Shown: positions 20,920-55,100 of the stretch, piece by piece | Position numbering within the stretch: position 1 is the first letter of the stretch | Layout of the letters: each line of letters starts with the position of its first letter | Assembly: GCF_964188315.1 (NCBI RefSeq) | Contig: NC_135657.1 | Span: 372,001-436,000 of the forward strand | DNA length: 64,000 nucleotides | Direction: 5' to 3' | Source: Podarcis muralis | Taxonomy: Eukaryota | Notes under the pieces: model-generated | What the model was told of the DNA's origin: nothing | Databases searched by the model: none | The model's input: only the letters and a program-made list of their open reading frames with translations | Made by a program: the position numbers and the translations under genes

Positions 20920-21339
20920 CGGGAAGGGACCGGACGGGGCGGGCGGGCGGACAGAGGGAGGCAGGCAGGCAGGGAGGGAGGCAGGGGCTCCGCGGCGACG
21001 CCGGCCTCCTCCTCCTCCTCCTCCTCCTCCTCGGCTGGGCCAGGGCGCATGCGCGGCCAGCACCCTCGCCCACAGAGATAGGAACGGGGAGAGGTGCCGG
21101 GAGGACTGGGAGGAGAACTCCGCCCGCCCCGAGCAGCTCCTCCTGCCCGAGCCCGGAAATCCCCCTCCCGATGGGGGCGGGCGCCACTCTGCCCTTTAGT
21201 TGATCTCTGGGCCTCGGCGCGCCCTTCCTCCGGCCACGCCGCGCGGCGCTGTCGACGTCATCAGAGGCGGCCGCTTTCCCGGGGCGGTTGCTGGGGCAAC
21301 GGGCGGAGACGCCGCGCGGCCTGCGGGGACGGGAAGGCG
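20920..21339. promoter_or_regulatory. Bidirectional CpG promoter between the LDLRAP1-like gene and IFT172, with RFX X-box and CRE-like site
   Basis: ATG-to-ATG distance 420 bp. GTTGCTGGGGCAAC at 21287-21300. CGACGTCA at 21253-21260. GC boxes. Confidence 0.85.
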
Positions 21340-44425
<23,086 letters not shown>

Positions 44426-44464
44426 CGCAGCCAGGACCAGACGCTGGACCCTTCCTCCTTTCTA

Positions 44465-44470
44465 ATTAAA
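44465..44470 (+). terminator. Probable IFT172 polyadenylation signal (ATTAAA), ~40 nt after the stop
   Basis: First poly(A) hexamer downstream of the TGA at 44423-44425. Confidence 0.6.
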
Positions 44471-45739
44471 TGTTATCGTTTCTACATCTCTCTTGCCATC
44501 TTTCTAACCAGCTGAAGGGAAGAACTGGAAGCAGCCAAAGCAACACTCAGAGGAAAAACATGGAGGGTTAGAGGGGTCACTCTGTCTGTCACCTGGAGAG
44601 AGTCCTGCTGAACCTGGGCTGGGCGGGGCAGGGATGTTGAAACCCCTTTGTCCACCCCAGCACCACTCTCAGGACTGAAACAGGCTCCCTCCCTCGCCAA
44701 AGGAGACCATCTTCCCCATCTGTGTGCATGTTGGTATACAAGAAGGGTGACCCTGTCTCTGGGCACAGATGGGGTGTTCTTCTCAGATAAGAAGCGCTGG
44801 GCCCAGTTGCCTGATGCCGTAAGGGAAGCCTGCAAGCCTTCTGCCCACTGGCACTTCCCAGCAGCTGGTTTTCAGCTGGTCTGGAGAATCATGCTTTTGG
44901 TGCCCCATCCATGGCTGACGTGTGACACTCCCCCACCCCGGCAAGGTTGGAAGGGGGTGGCCATGTGAGCCGCCTCTGGTCTGGGGCTTGTGGCGCAAGC
45001 AGCACTCAGAGCTGAGCAGCCCTAAAAGGAAGGTGGCAACTCTCATGCGGGTGCTCCAGGTACAGATGGGGCCCTCTGGGGGGGGGGGGTGAAGAGCCTG
45101 GGAGCATATGCCACTGCCAGAGCCCCAAGCGAGGGTGTTTGGGTCCCAGTGGGAGCAGCAGAGACGGGGGGGGGGGTCATGTGAAGGAAAGGACTGTCCA
45201 CTCTGAGTCTGCACAGTTTAATTCTGCCACAGCACTTGGATTCCGAGTTCTCAAAGTCCAGTACAACTGGCTGGGTGGGGGCCGGAGGGGCCCAGCTCTG
45301 GTCAAAGGGCCTCCTGGTGTGTGTGAAGCCACGTTCTGCTGGGCCATGGGGTTTGAGGCCGCCGGCCAGCCCCTGAGCAAAGGGACAGGTGACTTTCCCT
45401 CAGGAGACAAACCAATTCTCTCTAATCTGACGCCTGTCTCTGTGCTGCTCTCCTTGGAGTGACGGCTGCACCATGCCCCTTCTCCATCTGGGCATTGGGG
45501 GCAGTTTTGATGGCAAGTAGGTGCAAGTGCTGCTCTTCACAGTGCCAGGCTGGGTCACAGAGTCGCTCTGCAGCTACTCTGAAGGAGCACACAGCTGCAC
45601 CGAGGAGCCCCAGCCACAGGAAGTATTACAATGTGGGGAGCAGGGAATTAGTATAGAAGAAGCATCTCTCTCCCCCCCCCCCCCTTGCAAAGGGGTGCCA
45701 GTTGAGCCAGGAGAAGATTCCTGCCTGGCTAGTAAAGTA

Positions 45740-46260
45740 GCGCTCTCCTCTGCCTTGGTCAGACCCCACCTGGAGTCTTGTGTCCAGTTCTGGGCACCAC
45801 AATTTAAGGATATTGACAAGCTGGATTGTGTGCAGAGGAGGGCGACCAAGATGATCAAGGGTCTGGAAACCAGCCCTTATTAGGAATGGTGGAAGGAACT
45901 GGGGATGTTTAGCCTGAAAGAGGAGATATGAGAGCCATCTTCAGATATCTGAACGGCTGTCACACAGAGGATGGAGCAAGCTGCTTTTCTCCTGCTCCGG
46001 AGAGTAGGACCTGAACCCATGGCTTCCAGTTACAAGAATGGAGATAATGACTAAACATCAGGAAGAACTTTCTGATGGTAAGAGCTGTTTGACAGTGGAG
46101 AATGGGCTACATTTGAAGGTGGTGAACTCACCTTCCTTGGAAGTTTTAAAGCAGAGGTTGGATAGCCATCCATCAGGAATTCTTCAGCTGAGATTCCTGC
46201 ATTGTAGGGGGTTGGACTAGACAACCCTCGGGGTCCCTTCCAACTCTATCATTCTGTGTC
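45740..46260 (+). mobile_element. CR1 LINE 3' end, antisense to and just beyond the KRTCAP3 stop
   Basis: [39 protein letters not shown], then the CR1 tail GGGTTGGACTAG...GGTCCCTTCCAACTCT...ATTCTGTG. Confidence 0.85.
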
Positions 46261-46329
46261 TGGCCATCCCAGCACAGCCCATTATCATGGGCCTCTTGCA
46301 GCAAAAGTGGGGCAGGCTCTTTCTCCCCA

Positions 46330-49104
46330 CTAAAGGCTGCACTCCTCTTCTTGCATGTCAACCAGGAGCTGGTGATGAGGGTCTCTTCCGGAGCTTTCCT
46401 CTGCCGCCTCCTTTGCTGGGGCAGCCTCCTGAAGCTGGAAAAGGAGCCCAAAGAGAAGCTTTTCAACTGCCCAGGGACCTGGGGCAAAGCAGGGAGCAAG
46501 AGGGCCCCCTGGGTGGCCTCCAGGGGTCGCTCTGCAAGTGCCGGGGTGGGGAGGATGTGGGGAGAGGGAGAAAGGTGCCCTCTTACCAGTGCCACTTTGT
46601 AGGAGGAGGGGCCGTGGCCCGAGAGAGAGAAAGACGCCACGCAGCACCAGGCGGACAAGCCAGCCTCCACCGCTGCCATCACCAAGGAAGGGAGCCAGAG
46701 GGCCAGGGCCGTGTCCTAGGGAGGGAAGAGGCAGGCAGAGCAGGGTCAGCTGGGGAGCAGCCAAGATCTCATTAGAAGAATTGGTCAAATCTTTTGAAAC
46801 TGAAAACATACAATTACTTTCTATAGATATTTGTTATTTACTAGTAAGTTTGAGATGCAGACTTTAAGAAACAATTGGAATAAAGAATTGGATGCTCCTA
46901 TACTGTTTGATGGGCGCAGGTGGCGCTGTGGGTTAAACCACAGAGCCTAGGACTTGCCGATCAGAAGGTCGGCAGTTCGAATCCCCACGATGGGGTGAGC
47001 TCCCGTTGCTCGGTCCCTGCTCCTGCCAACCTAGCAGTTCGAAAGCACGTCAAAGTGCAAGTAGATAAATAGGTACCGCTCCGGCGGGAAGGTAAACGGT
47101 GTTTCCGTGCGCTGCTCTGGTTCGCCAGAAGCGGCTTAGTCATGCTGGCCACATGACCCGGAAGCTGGACTCCGGCTCCCTCGGCCAATAAAGTGAGATG
47201 AGCGTCACAACCCCAGAGTGGACCTAATGGTCAGGGGTCCCTTTTACCTTTATACTGTTTGATAGTGGGAAAGTGTTTAAGTTTCTGTAGCAAAGATATC
47301 GATGGATCTTGAATTACGACTTATACAACAGAAAATAATATTGAACTCCATACAATTTTTATACAAAAGGACTGTCTAATGCAGCTTTTTGTTGAAGATG
47401 TAATAAAGATAGCACTTCTTTGAAACATTTGTTCTTACTCCCTAAGTTTTGGGAGAAAGTGCTGGAGTGTATCAATATGACTGTGCAGAAAATAATGAAA
47501 TTTTCAGAAGTATATATTCTTTTGAATTATATACCTGCTGCATGGAAGTTGACCAAAAAAAATTAAAACCCTATGACCAAAAGACTGGTATGGATGAACA
47601 TGAAGAATAAAGATCTGGTTCTCTTTAATCCAAGGAATGAAGACATGACATTCCTTGCCAAAGATGGTCAGATTGTGGAGAGATGCAGACTTTGGATAAA
47701 TATATTGACATTTAGAATGAATTTATACATAACATAGCAGGTTATCCACAATCATATATGTATTAGGGCAATAACAGTACATTTGGAAGTGTAACATGCA
47801 CATATATTCCTTTTTTATTTTTCTTTGCACTTTTTATTCTTTTTCTCTTTTTTCATTTTATTTTGTACAACTGAAATTTTATTAATGCCAATTACTGTTA
47901 ATTGCTTTTTAATTACTGCTTCCCCCCCCCCCCCGGTGTTTTTAGCTATAAGCCACCTTGAATCTCTGTTAGGGGAAACTACGGGATGCAAATAAATACC
48001 AAGATAGTACCAGGCAGCAACTCACAAAGATGCGGGTGGTGTCGAAGGGACACTCGTCGCTCCTCACGGTGCGGGCGTCGGTCGCCAGAGCCGAGCGGTT
48101 GCAGCCGGCGAGCAGGAAGCGGCCTCCGTTGGCCACGGTGAGCGAGACGGCGAGCAGCAGCCCCGCGCAGCAGGCGCCCGACACCAGCGCGTTGAGCAGC
48201 GCCGCGGCCAGCAGCACCCAGCGCTGAGAAGGGAGGCGGAGGGAGGCAAGGGGTGAGCGAGCGCTGGGGGCCCCGAGCCCAGCCTGTGGCCCCCGCCCAG
48301 GGCGCCCTTTCCCCATGCAAGGCGCCGGTGCACCGGGAAAGGAGCCGCGCGGCGCCTGGCCCCTTCTCCTCCTCCTCCTCCTCCTCCTGGCAGGGCGCAC
48401 TCACCAGCCAAGGCGGGGAGCGGCTCCGCGACACCAGGATGGCCACGACGCCGGCGGCGATGCTCTGCGGGAGAGACGGGGGACACGCGGTGGCTCTCGG
48501 CTGCTCCTGCCCCAAAGGAGCTGGCCTGCGCCCCCAGCCCGCCCCGCCGCCCCTCACTCACCAGCAGCCCCGAGACCACCGCGATCACGTTGGCCACCGC
48601 GTACTCGGAGGTGATGGTGCGCGCGGGGCGCGCCACGTGGCGCAGGACGGAGCCGTGCACGATGGCGCCCAGCACCAGGTTCAAGTGGCCCAGCACCACC
48701 AGCGAGATGCCGCTGCGCACCAGGCGCCGCGCGCGGGGTCCCGCATCTGCGGAGGGGATGGGGGCGGAGAGAGAGAGACGTGAGGAGGAGGAGGAGCGCA
48801 GCTCGGGATCAGAGTCCCCCTGGGCTGCGGGGGATCCCCGCGCCCGAGCCAGCACGCGCAAAGGCCTCCTCAAGGGGCCCCTGCGGCGGAGATGGGGCGA
48901 TGCTGCAGCCCCCTCGGAGCTGAAACTCCTCTTTTCGGGGGTGGGACTTGGAGTGTATCCGCTTTTGCGGCCGCGGGTGGGGGAAAGAGGGGGCTGCGAG
49001 GCCCAGCGCTCACCCATCCCGCTCCTCGCTGCGCTTCCGGCTCCTCCCGCAGGTGCGCGGGACCTTTGGCCCGCCAGGTGCGGCTCAGCTCCGGCTCCTG
49101 CCAT
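46330..49104 (-). CDS. KRTCAP3: Keratinocyte-associated protein 3 (BCLP/TMEM54 family, multi-pass membrane protein)
   Basis: Exons 49104 (or 49017)-49014, 48746-48562, 48464-48405, 48223-48026, 46715-46587, 46434-46330. Protein includes [63 protein letters not shown]. Tail-to-tail with IFT172 as in human. Start codon uncertain. Confidence 0.9.
46770..47910 (+). mobile_element. Degenerate L1-clade 3' fragment in KRTCAP3 intron 4, host of a Sauria SINE
   Basis: AT-rich block with W-rich late-ORF2-like remnants and a T-rich 3' UTR. The two sides join across the SINE target-site duplication. Confidence 0.55.
46912..47250 (+). mobile_element. Sauria SINE, full length
   Basis: tRNA-like head with A box (GGTGGCGCTGTGG) and B box (GTTCGAATCC), TTTACCTT tail, and a 13-bp TSD TATACTGTTTGAT (46899-46911 and 47251-47263). 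Confidence 0.9.
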
Positions 49105-50379
49105 CCCGGCCAGGGAGCCGGCTTGCTGGGCCTGATGGGAGTTGTGGTTCCGCGACACCTGGAGGGCCAAAGGTCCCGCACACCTGGCCTGCCCGGGAAG
49201 CGGCAGGGGCCACAGAAAAAGCCTTCCTTTCCTCCCAGTGTTTTGGCTTCCTGGTTCATTCCACCGGCCACATTTTTTATCAGCAGCAGCGGGAACGGGA
49301 AAGCAGGTCGACAAGGAAGCACCTGAGAAGCAGCGACCTCCTCAGGAACAGAGCCGACCCCCGGCGCCGAGAGGCGGCCACTGCACCTCGCGAGGGAGGC
49401 CGCCAGCTGCTCCTCTGCTTGCAAGGCAGCCGCTGTGGCGCCGCAGAGCTGCAAGCAGGCCGTGGCTGGAAGCGGCCAGCGTCGCTTCAGAGGCCGCTGC
49501 TGACCTCTTGGGTCTGCTGTGCCTCAGAGCAGAGCGGGGGGGGGGGTCCTCAGGCCGGGCTGGGGAGCAAATATGGCCCCCAGGCCTCTTCCTGTGCCAG
49601 ACTGGCTGCTGCTGCTGCTGCTGCTGCATCCCTCTCCCCTCTCTGGCCAGCTCTGCTTCCCCCTGGCTGGAATGGGTCCTTGAGCTGCAATTCTTGTTCA
49701 TTTATAAAAGTATTTCTGAACTGCTAGATCATAAAACATCAGGGCACTTTACTATTGTGATGTTAGAACATGAAACAGTTATAAAATGATACAAAGAAGA
49801 ATGCAGAGAATTGTGTGACTGGCTAAGACTCTCTATATAAAAAGGGGGCATCTGCTGAGGGAGGGTTCCTTTGCATTGCAGGGAGGGAGGACCCCAAATG
49901 CCTAGAGGCCAGTGGGGTCTCTGGGACATTGCAGGGACCAGCAAGAGAACTGACTTCACCCTTGAATAATGTCTCTTGCTTGTTGGCTGGAGAATCCTCT
50001 GACTTGCAAGGCTGAAAGCTGTACAAAAGCCACATCCATTGCCCTCCCCACCTTGGCCTTTAGCCCCGCCCAGGCCGGCATGTGCCCCCCCCCCCAGGCT
50101 GTCAATGACAGAATGCAGTTTCTGGTCTGAAACAGGTTCTCTCCTGCATTTGTCTGGCACCAGCTTGGCTGCAGGAGTTGCAGGAAAGAGGCATACAAGA
50201 TGCTATTCAACCGTCTCAGGGACTCCACTCTGGATTTGCATAAGGTCTACTCCTTAGTAACTTAAATAACAACTGAATTTCCTTCCCTTCTACCTGATTT
50301 AAGGAAGAAATGTACAGCGCCAACAGTTCTGCCCAGGATGACAGGGGCCAGCTAGCTTCTATCACCCAGTGTCCACCTT

Positions 50380-51010
50380 TTGATTAAAAGAGGATAAAGG
50401 TTTTTGGGTGATCGAGGGAAGGCGGAAGTGCTCAACACCTACTTTGCCTCTGTCTTCACCCAAAAGGAAAGTGATGCCCATCCTGGTGATAACGGAATAC
50501 AGTGGTACCTCGGGTTAAGAACGTAATTCATTCTGGAGGTCTGTTCTTAACCTCTGAAACTGTTCTTAACCTGAGATACCACTTTCACTAATTGGGCCTC
50601 CTGCCGCACGATTTCTGTTCTCATCCTGAAGCAAAGTTCTTAACCCGAGGTCCTATTTCTGGGTTAGCGGAGTCTGTAACCTGAAGCGTCTGTTACCCGA
50701 GGTACCACTGTAAACGGTGCAAGGAGGGAGCTGCAGCCCAAGATAGGAAAAGAGGGGGAAAGGGGACACTTGGAGACTTCAAATGAATTCCAGCCTCCAG
50801 GGCCTGGTGAGCTGCACCCAAGGGTGCTGAAGAGACTTGCAGGTGTAATCTCAGAGCATCTGCCTTAGAACCTTGGAGAACAGGTGAGGTCCCTGGAGGT
50901 GGGCAAATGTCCCCGTCTTCAAAAAGGGGGAGAAGATCCAGGCAACTACCGACCAGTCAGCTTGATCCTAGAACAGGTAAAGAAACAGTTGATTTGTGAG
51001 CCTGGAGAAG
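50380..51010 (+). mobile_element. CR1 ORF2 internal fragment, interrupted by a MITE
   Basis: KAEVLNTYFASVFT, PGPGELHPRVLKRLA and FKKG..DPGNYRPVSL remnants. Confidence 0.75.
50500..50710 (-). mobile_element. Tc1/mariner-derived MITE
   Basis: TA|CAGTGGTACCTCGGGTTAAGAAC ... TTACCCGAGGTACCACTG|TA: TIRs with TA duplication. Confidence 0.9.
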
Positions 51011-51484
51011 ATTGAGAGGTTATGTCAGTAATCTTCACATCTGCCTCTGAGAGTGGCTGATTCTCCTTCCTTGGGGTTTTTAAGTAGAGGCTGTGTGGGC
51101 ATCTGCCATGGATTTTTCATTTGATTCCAACTCTCATGGAAATATAATGACATAGCACTATCAATGCACAGGAATAGCAATGTAGTAGGAGCCCTTCTGC
51201 AAATGACCATGGCAACATCTCAGTTAAAATGGTAACAAAGTAACAGATGTGCCTATTTATAGCAGTTCCTTTCACTTAGCTCCGTTTTATCAAGGAATCC
51301 ATCAATTTATTGATGAAATATCACTTTTTACCAGTAAAACCTGAGCTGAAATAGTATGGAGAGCAAGATGTTCTTGATGAAACCTTTCCCAATAGCCTGG
51401 CTGAGTCCTTTCTGCTAATCCCACAGATCCTATAAATAGATAACGCACCCTGAGACCCGTGGCTATAGGACAATATATAAATTC

Positions 51485-51539
<55 letters not shown>
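51485..51539. repeat. (TAT)n microsatellite at the edge of the NRBP1 CpG island
   Basis: Direct sequence. Confidence 0.95.
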
Positions 51540-52190
51540 TGCTTGAGACGCCGGATCCTCGCCAAGGAAAGCCCTTCCTGGACAGGAGCCCTCCAAGCCC
51601 GTTTCCGCAGTGGGATGGAGAGGTGAGAGGCCTCATCCCGCCCCGAGCGGCCCGCGGGCGCCTCCCGTGGAAGCCGAGGGGCCGGACGCTCTTCCCGGAG
51701 AGTCCGCACTGCGCACGCGCGCCGCCGCCCGGCCAGCCGGCGAGCTCCCTGCCCCGCCCTCTCCTGCGGGCGCACGCGCACTTCGCTCCCCGTCCGACGG
51801 ACAGGCGCCAGGCGGAGCCAGTCCCGCGGCCAATCCGAAGGCGCTCCGGGGCTCGGCCCGCCCGTTCATTGGTCGGCGTCGGGTCCCGGCCCGCCTCGGC
51901 TGGCGTCGCTCCGTCCGCAGCGCGTGAGGCGCCGCGCGGCTCCGTCTGCTGCCCGTTGGCCCTCGCGAGCTGGAGACCGGCCCGCGCCCGGTGAGTGGGC
52001 GAGGGGGAGGGCGAGGGGGGCGGAGGGGCCAGGCCCCGGGAGGGGGGGGGCTCCCCTTCCCCGGTTGCCAAGGGGACGCCAGGCCCCGCCCGCCCAGGCC
52101 TCGCCCCGCCCCCCGGCTCCCCGCCGGCGCCTCATTTCCCTCCCGCCCCCCCCCCCGTCCGGTGCAGGTCGCCCCTCTCGGTCCCCGGCG
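51540..52190 (+). promoter_or_regulatory. NRBP1 CpG-island promoter, non-coding exon 1 (donor GTGAGT at 51991) and intron 1 (acceptor at 52167)
   Basis: CpG island with CCAAT (~51831) and ATTGG (~51868), and canonical splice sites. Confidence 0.75.
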
Positions 52191-55100
52191 ATGTCCGAAG
52201 GCGAAGCCAAGCAGGCCGGACACAACAGCGGAGGAGGAGGCGGAGGCGGCTCCGACCCGAAGGCCGAGGCGGCGGCGGCGTCTGGAGCGGCGGGGCCCGG
52301 CATGACCTCGCTGTCCCCTCCGCTGGCGGCGGCGGCGCAGGAGGAGGAGGAGGAGGAGGAGGAGAGCGAGGACGAGTCGGAGATCCTGGAGGAGTCGCCG
52401 TGCGGGAGGTGGCAGAAGCGCCGCGAGGAGGTGAGGCGCGGATCTTCTCCCCGGGAGCCTCCCCAGCGCGGCTCCGGAAGCTGCCCCGGAAAGGCCCCGG
52501 GAGGAAGGAGCGGCCCCTGGGCGGCCCACCGAGGCTGCTGCCCTTGCCCTGCCGGGGAGCCACCCCGGGAGGCGCAGCCGTCGGGCCTGCCCCCAGTCGG
52601 GCTCCCTGAAGCTTCAGGGGCGGAGATCTTTCCCAGCCCTCCCTGGAGATGCTGGGAGCTGAGCCGGAGCCCCGCTCCTTGCCCAGAACCCCATTTTGCT
52701 GCTCAGCTGGGGCTGTTCCCTGGGCAGCGGACCCTTCCCTCCCTGGGAGAGAGGCAGTGGACTCTCCTTCCTTGGAGGCTTTTAAGCAGAGCTGTCACGG
52801 ATGCTCTAGCTGAGATTCCTGCATTGTGGGGGGTTGGACTAGATGACCCTCAGGGTCCCTTCCAACTCCACGATTCTATTCTTCTTTGCCCCTGGGCCTC
52901 CTTGCTTCCCAGGTTTTCAGTAGTTGTGGACTTGCAGGGGGGCAGAGCAGTTTCCTGCAAGGCAGGACTCTGCTCTTTGCTTCTCTAAGTCGGGCATCTG
53001 TGTTTGTAGCACAAAGAAAGGATGGTATTGTTATTGATTTATATACCATTTAATGCCTGGATGGCTTCTGAGTGATTTATGAAATTTACTGCTGAACATA
53101 GAGAGGATCTAGGTGTCTTAACTGATCATCATAAAAGGACCTGGAACAAACCAGCAGCTCATCCAGTCCGGCACCTGTCCCCCCCCCAAGGGCCAACCAG
53201 ATGCCCCAGTGGGAAGCCCACAAGCAGGACCACCAAGGGGTGGAGGTAGAACATAGTTGGTGGTGTTACGGGGGGGGGGGCAGTGGAAAGAGCTGCATAT
53301 GCTTAGGGGATAAAGAGATGGTGGTGATGATCTTCTGTTAGGCAGAAGATGGAGTAGACGCCTGCTCTGAGGGCAGGGCAAGAAGCAATGCATGGGAATT
53401 GCAGTAGGGAAACAGATTTTTATTTCAACATTAGTAGAAAAGTTCCCAAGTGGAGGAGCTGCTTGGCAGTGGAAGAGAGGTGCCGTGGGGGGGGGGGCTG
53501 GAGGCATCTGGACCACCATCCATCAGGGATGCAGTGAGCAGGGGGTTGCGCACGATGGCCTTCAGGGTCCATTCCAACTCTGATAATATTGGTTGATTTG
53601 TAAGTATATTTATAAACCGCCAGTTCATAATCATATCATAGCAGTGTAGGATGAAATAATTAAAACACCATAAAAATTATAACTACCAAATCAATATTTT
53701 CAGCAAGCGACAAAACATTGGAATTTTATAAGAGTATTTTGTCAAAGGTTCCTTGCCTGCTTCATGTTTGTGTTGCTTCTTGGGGAGGGCGTGTCAGGCT
53801 GTTTGCAGATGAAGAGATGAGTCTGTCTTCTATTTCAGCCTCTGTTCTCTATTGATGCATCATCCTTTATTTTATACCCAGTTCAGCATTCTCCTGCTTT
53901 CTTTCAAGGTGGCTGTGGGCTTTTTCCCCAGGTGGGATATAACGACAGTAGAGATGGACAAGTGACACGACAAGTAAATCTTACATAAGATTATGAATGT
54001 AACCGCATAAGGAAGCATTCAGTATTTGGTATTAGAAACTGAATGCCAATCTCAGTGTTATGTGCAGATTTAGATCAGAGTTGCTTATGAATAAAAGAGC
54101 TCAATAAAAATTAGCAGCTGCAGGTCTGGCCAGCTGAAACTCAAGCTAGAGCTTAAAATAAACAGAAAATAAACAGAATTTCAAGGTCTGGGCCAATCCA
54201 AGTTTTCACCTGGCACCAAAGCGAGAATCAAGACTACCGCAGGCAATCCTTTCTGGGAAAAAGAATTCCGAGAGAAGTGGTGGCTCTGAGGCTCGACTTA
54301 CTGGTCAGGCAGGTTTATGTAGGAAAGATTAGGGCTACAACTCCCCTTAGCGCCAGCCAGCCAGGTTAAGGGACGGGGAGTTGCTCTCCAGGTACTGTGG
54401 AACTCTCACCTCCTGCCACCCGTCCCACAACACCTGGAAGGCCACAGGTTCCCCAGCCCTGCTGTAGGTGTCATGGTTCAAAACTGTTTAGAACATTTAT
54501 AAGCTAAAAGTAACACCTTCAAATGTGCTCAGATTAGAACCAGGATTTGTACGCATGTAGCTCCTGGTGATATTCTCCATCCATCATCCCTTTTAACAAT
54601 TCTGATGCTATATTCTGCAGTCCCTCAACTTCCTGAGCAATGTTCTAAGACAGCCTTGTACACAGCTGTGGTCTAAACCACTGAGCCTCTTGGGCTTGCT
54701 GATCAGAAGGTTGGCAGTTGGAATCCGTGTGACGGGGTGAGCTCCTGTCTCTTTGTCCCAGCTCCTGCCAACCTAGCGGTTCAAAGGCACACCACGCAAG
54801 TAAATAAATAGGTACGGCTGTAGTGGGAAGGTAAACGGCGTTTCGGTGTGCTCTGGTTTCCATCATGGTGTCCCATTGCACCAGAAGCGGTTTGGTCCTG
54901 CTGGCCACATTACCCGGAAAGCTGTCTGTGGACAAAGGCCGGTTCCCTCAGCCTGAAAGCAGAGATGAGTGTCTCACCCCATGGTTGCCTTTGGCTGGAC
55001 TTAACCGTCCAGGGGTCCTTTATCTTTACCTTATACAGAGCTCTTTTCTCTCTTCCCCTGAAGCTGGGCACGGCCAGGTGGTGCTCAGTGTGTGTGCATT

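Noticed and set aside
48064-49314. 416-aa minus-strand ORF
   Set aside because: It is KRTCAP3 exons 1-2 plus GC-rich intron read-through; splice sites explain the real structure.
51924-52988. 354-aa ORF
   Set aside because: It contains NRBP1 coding exon 1 flanked by open CpG-island sequence.
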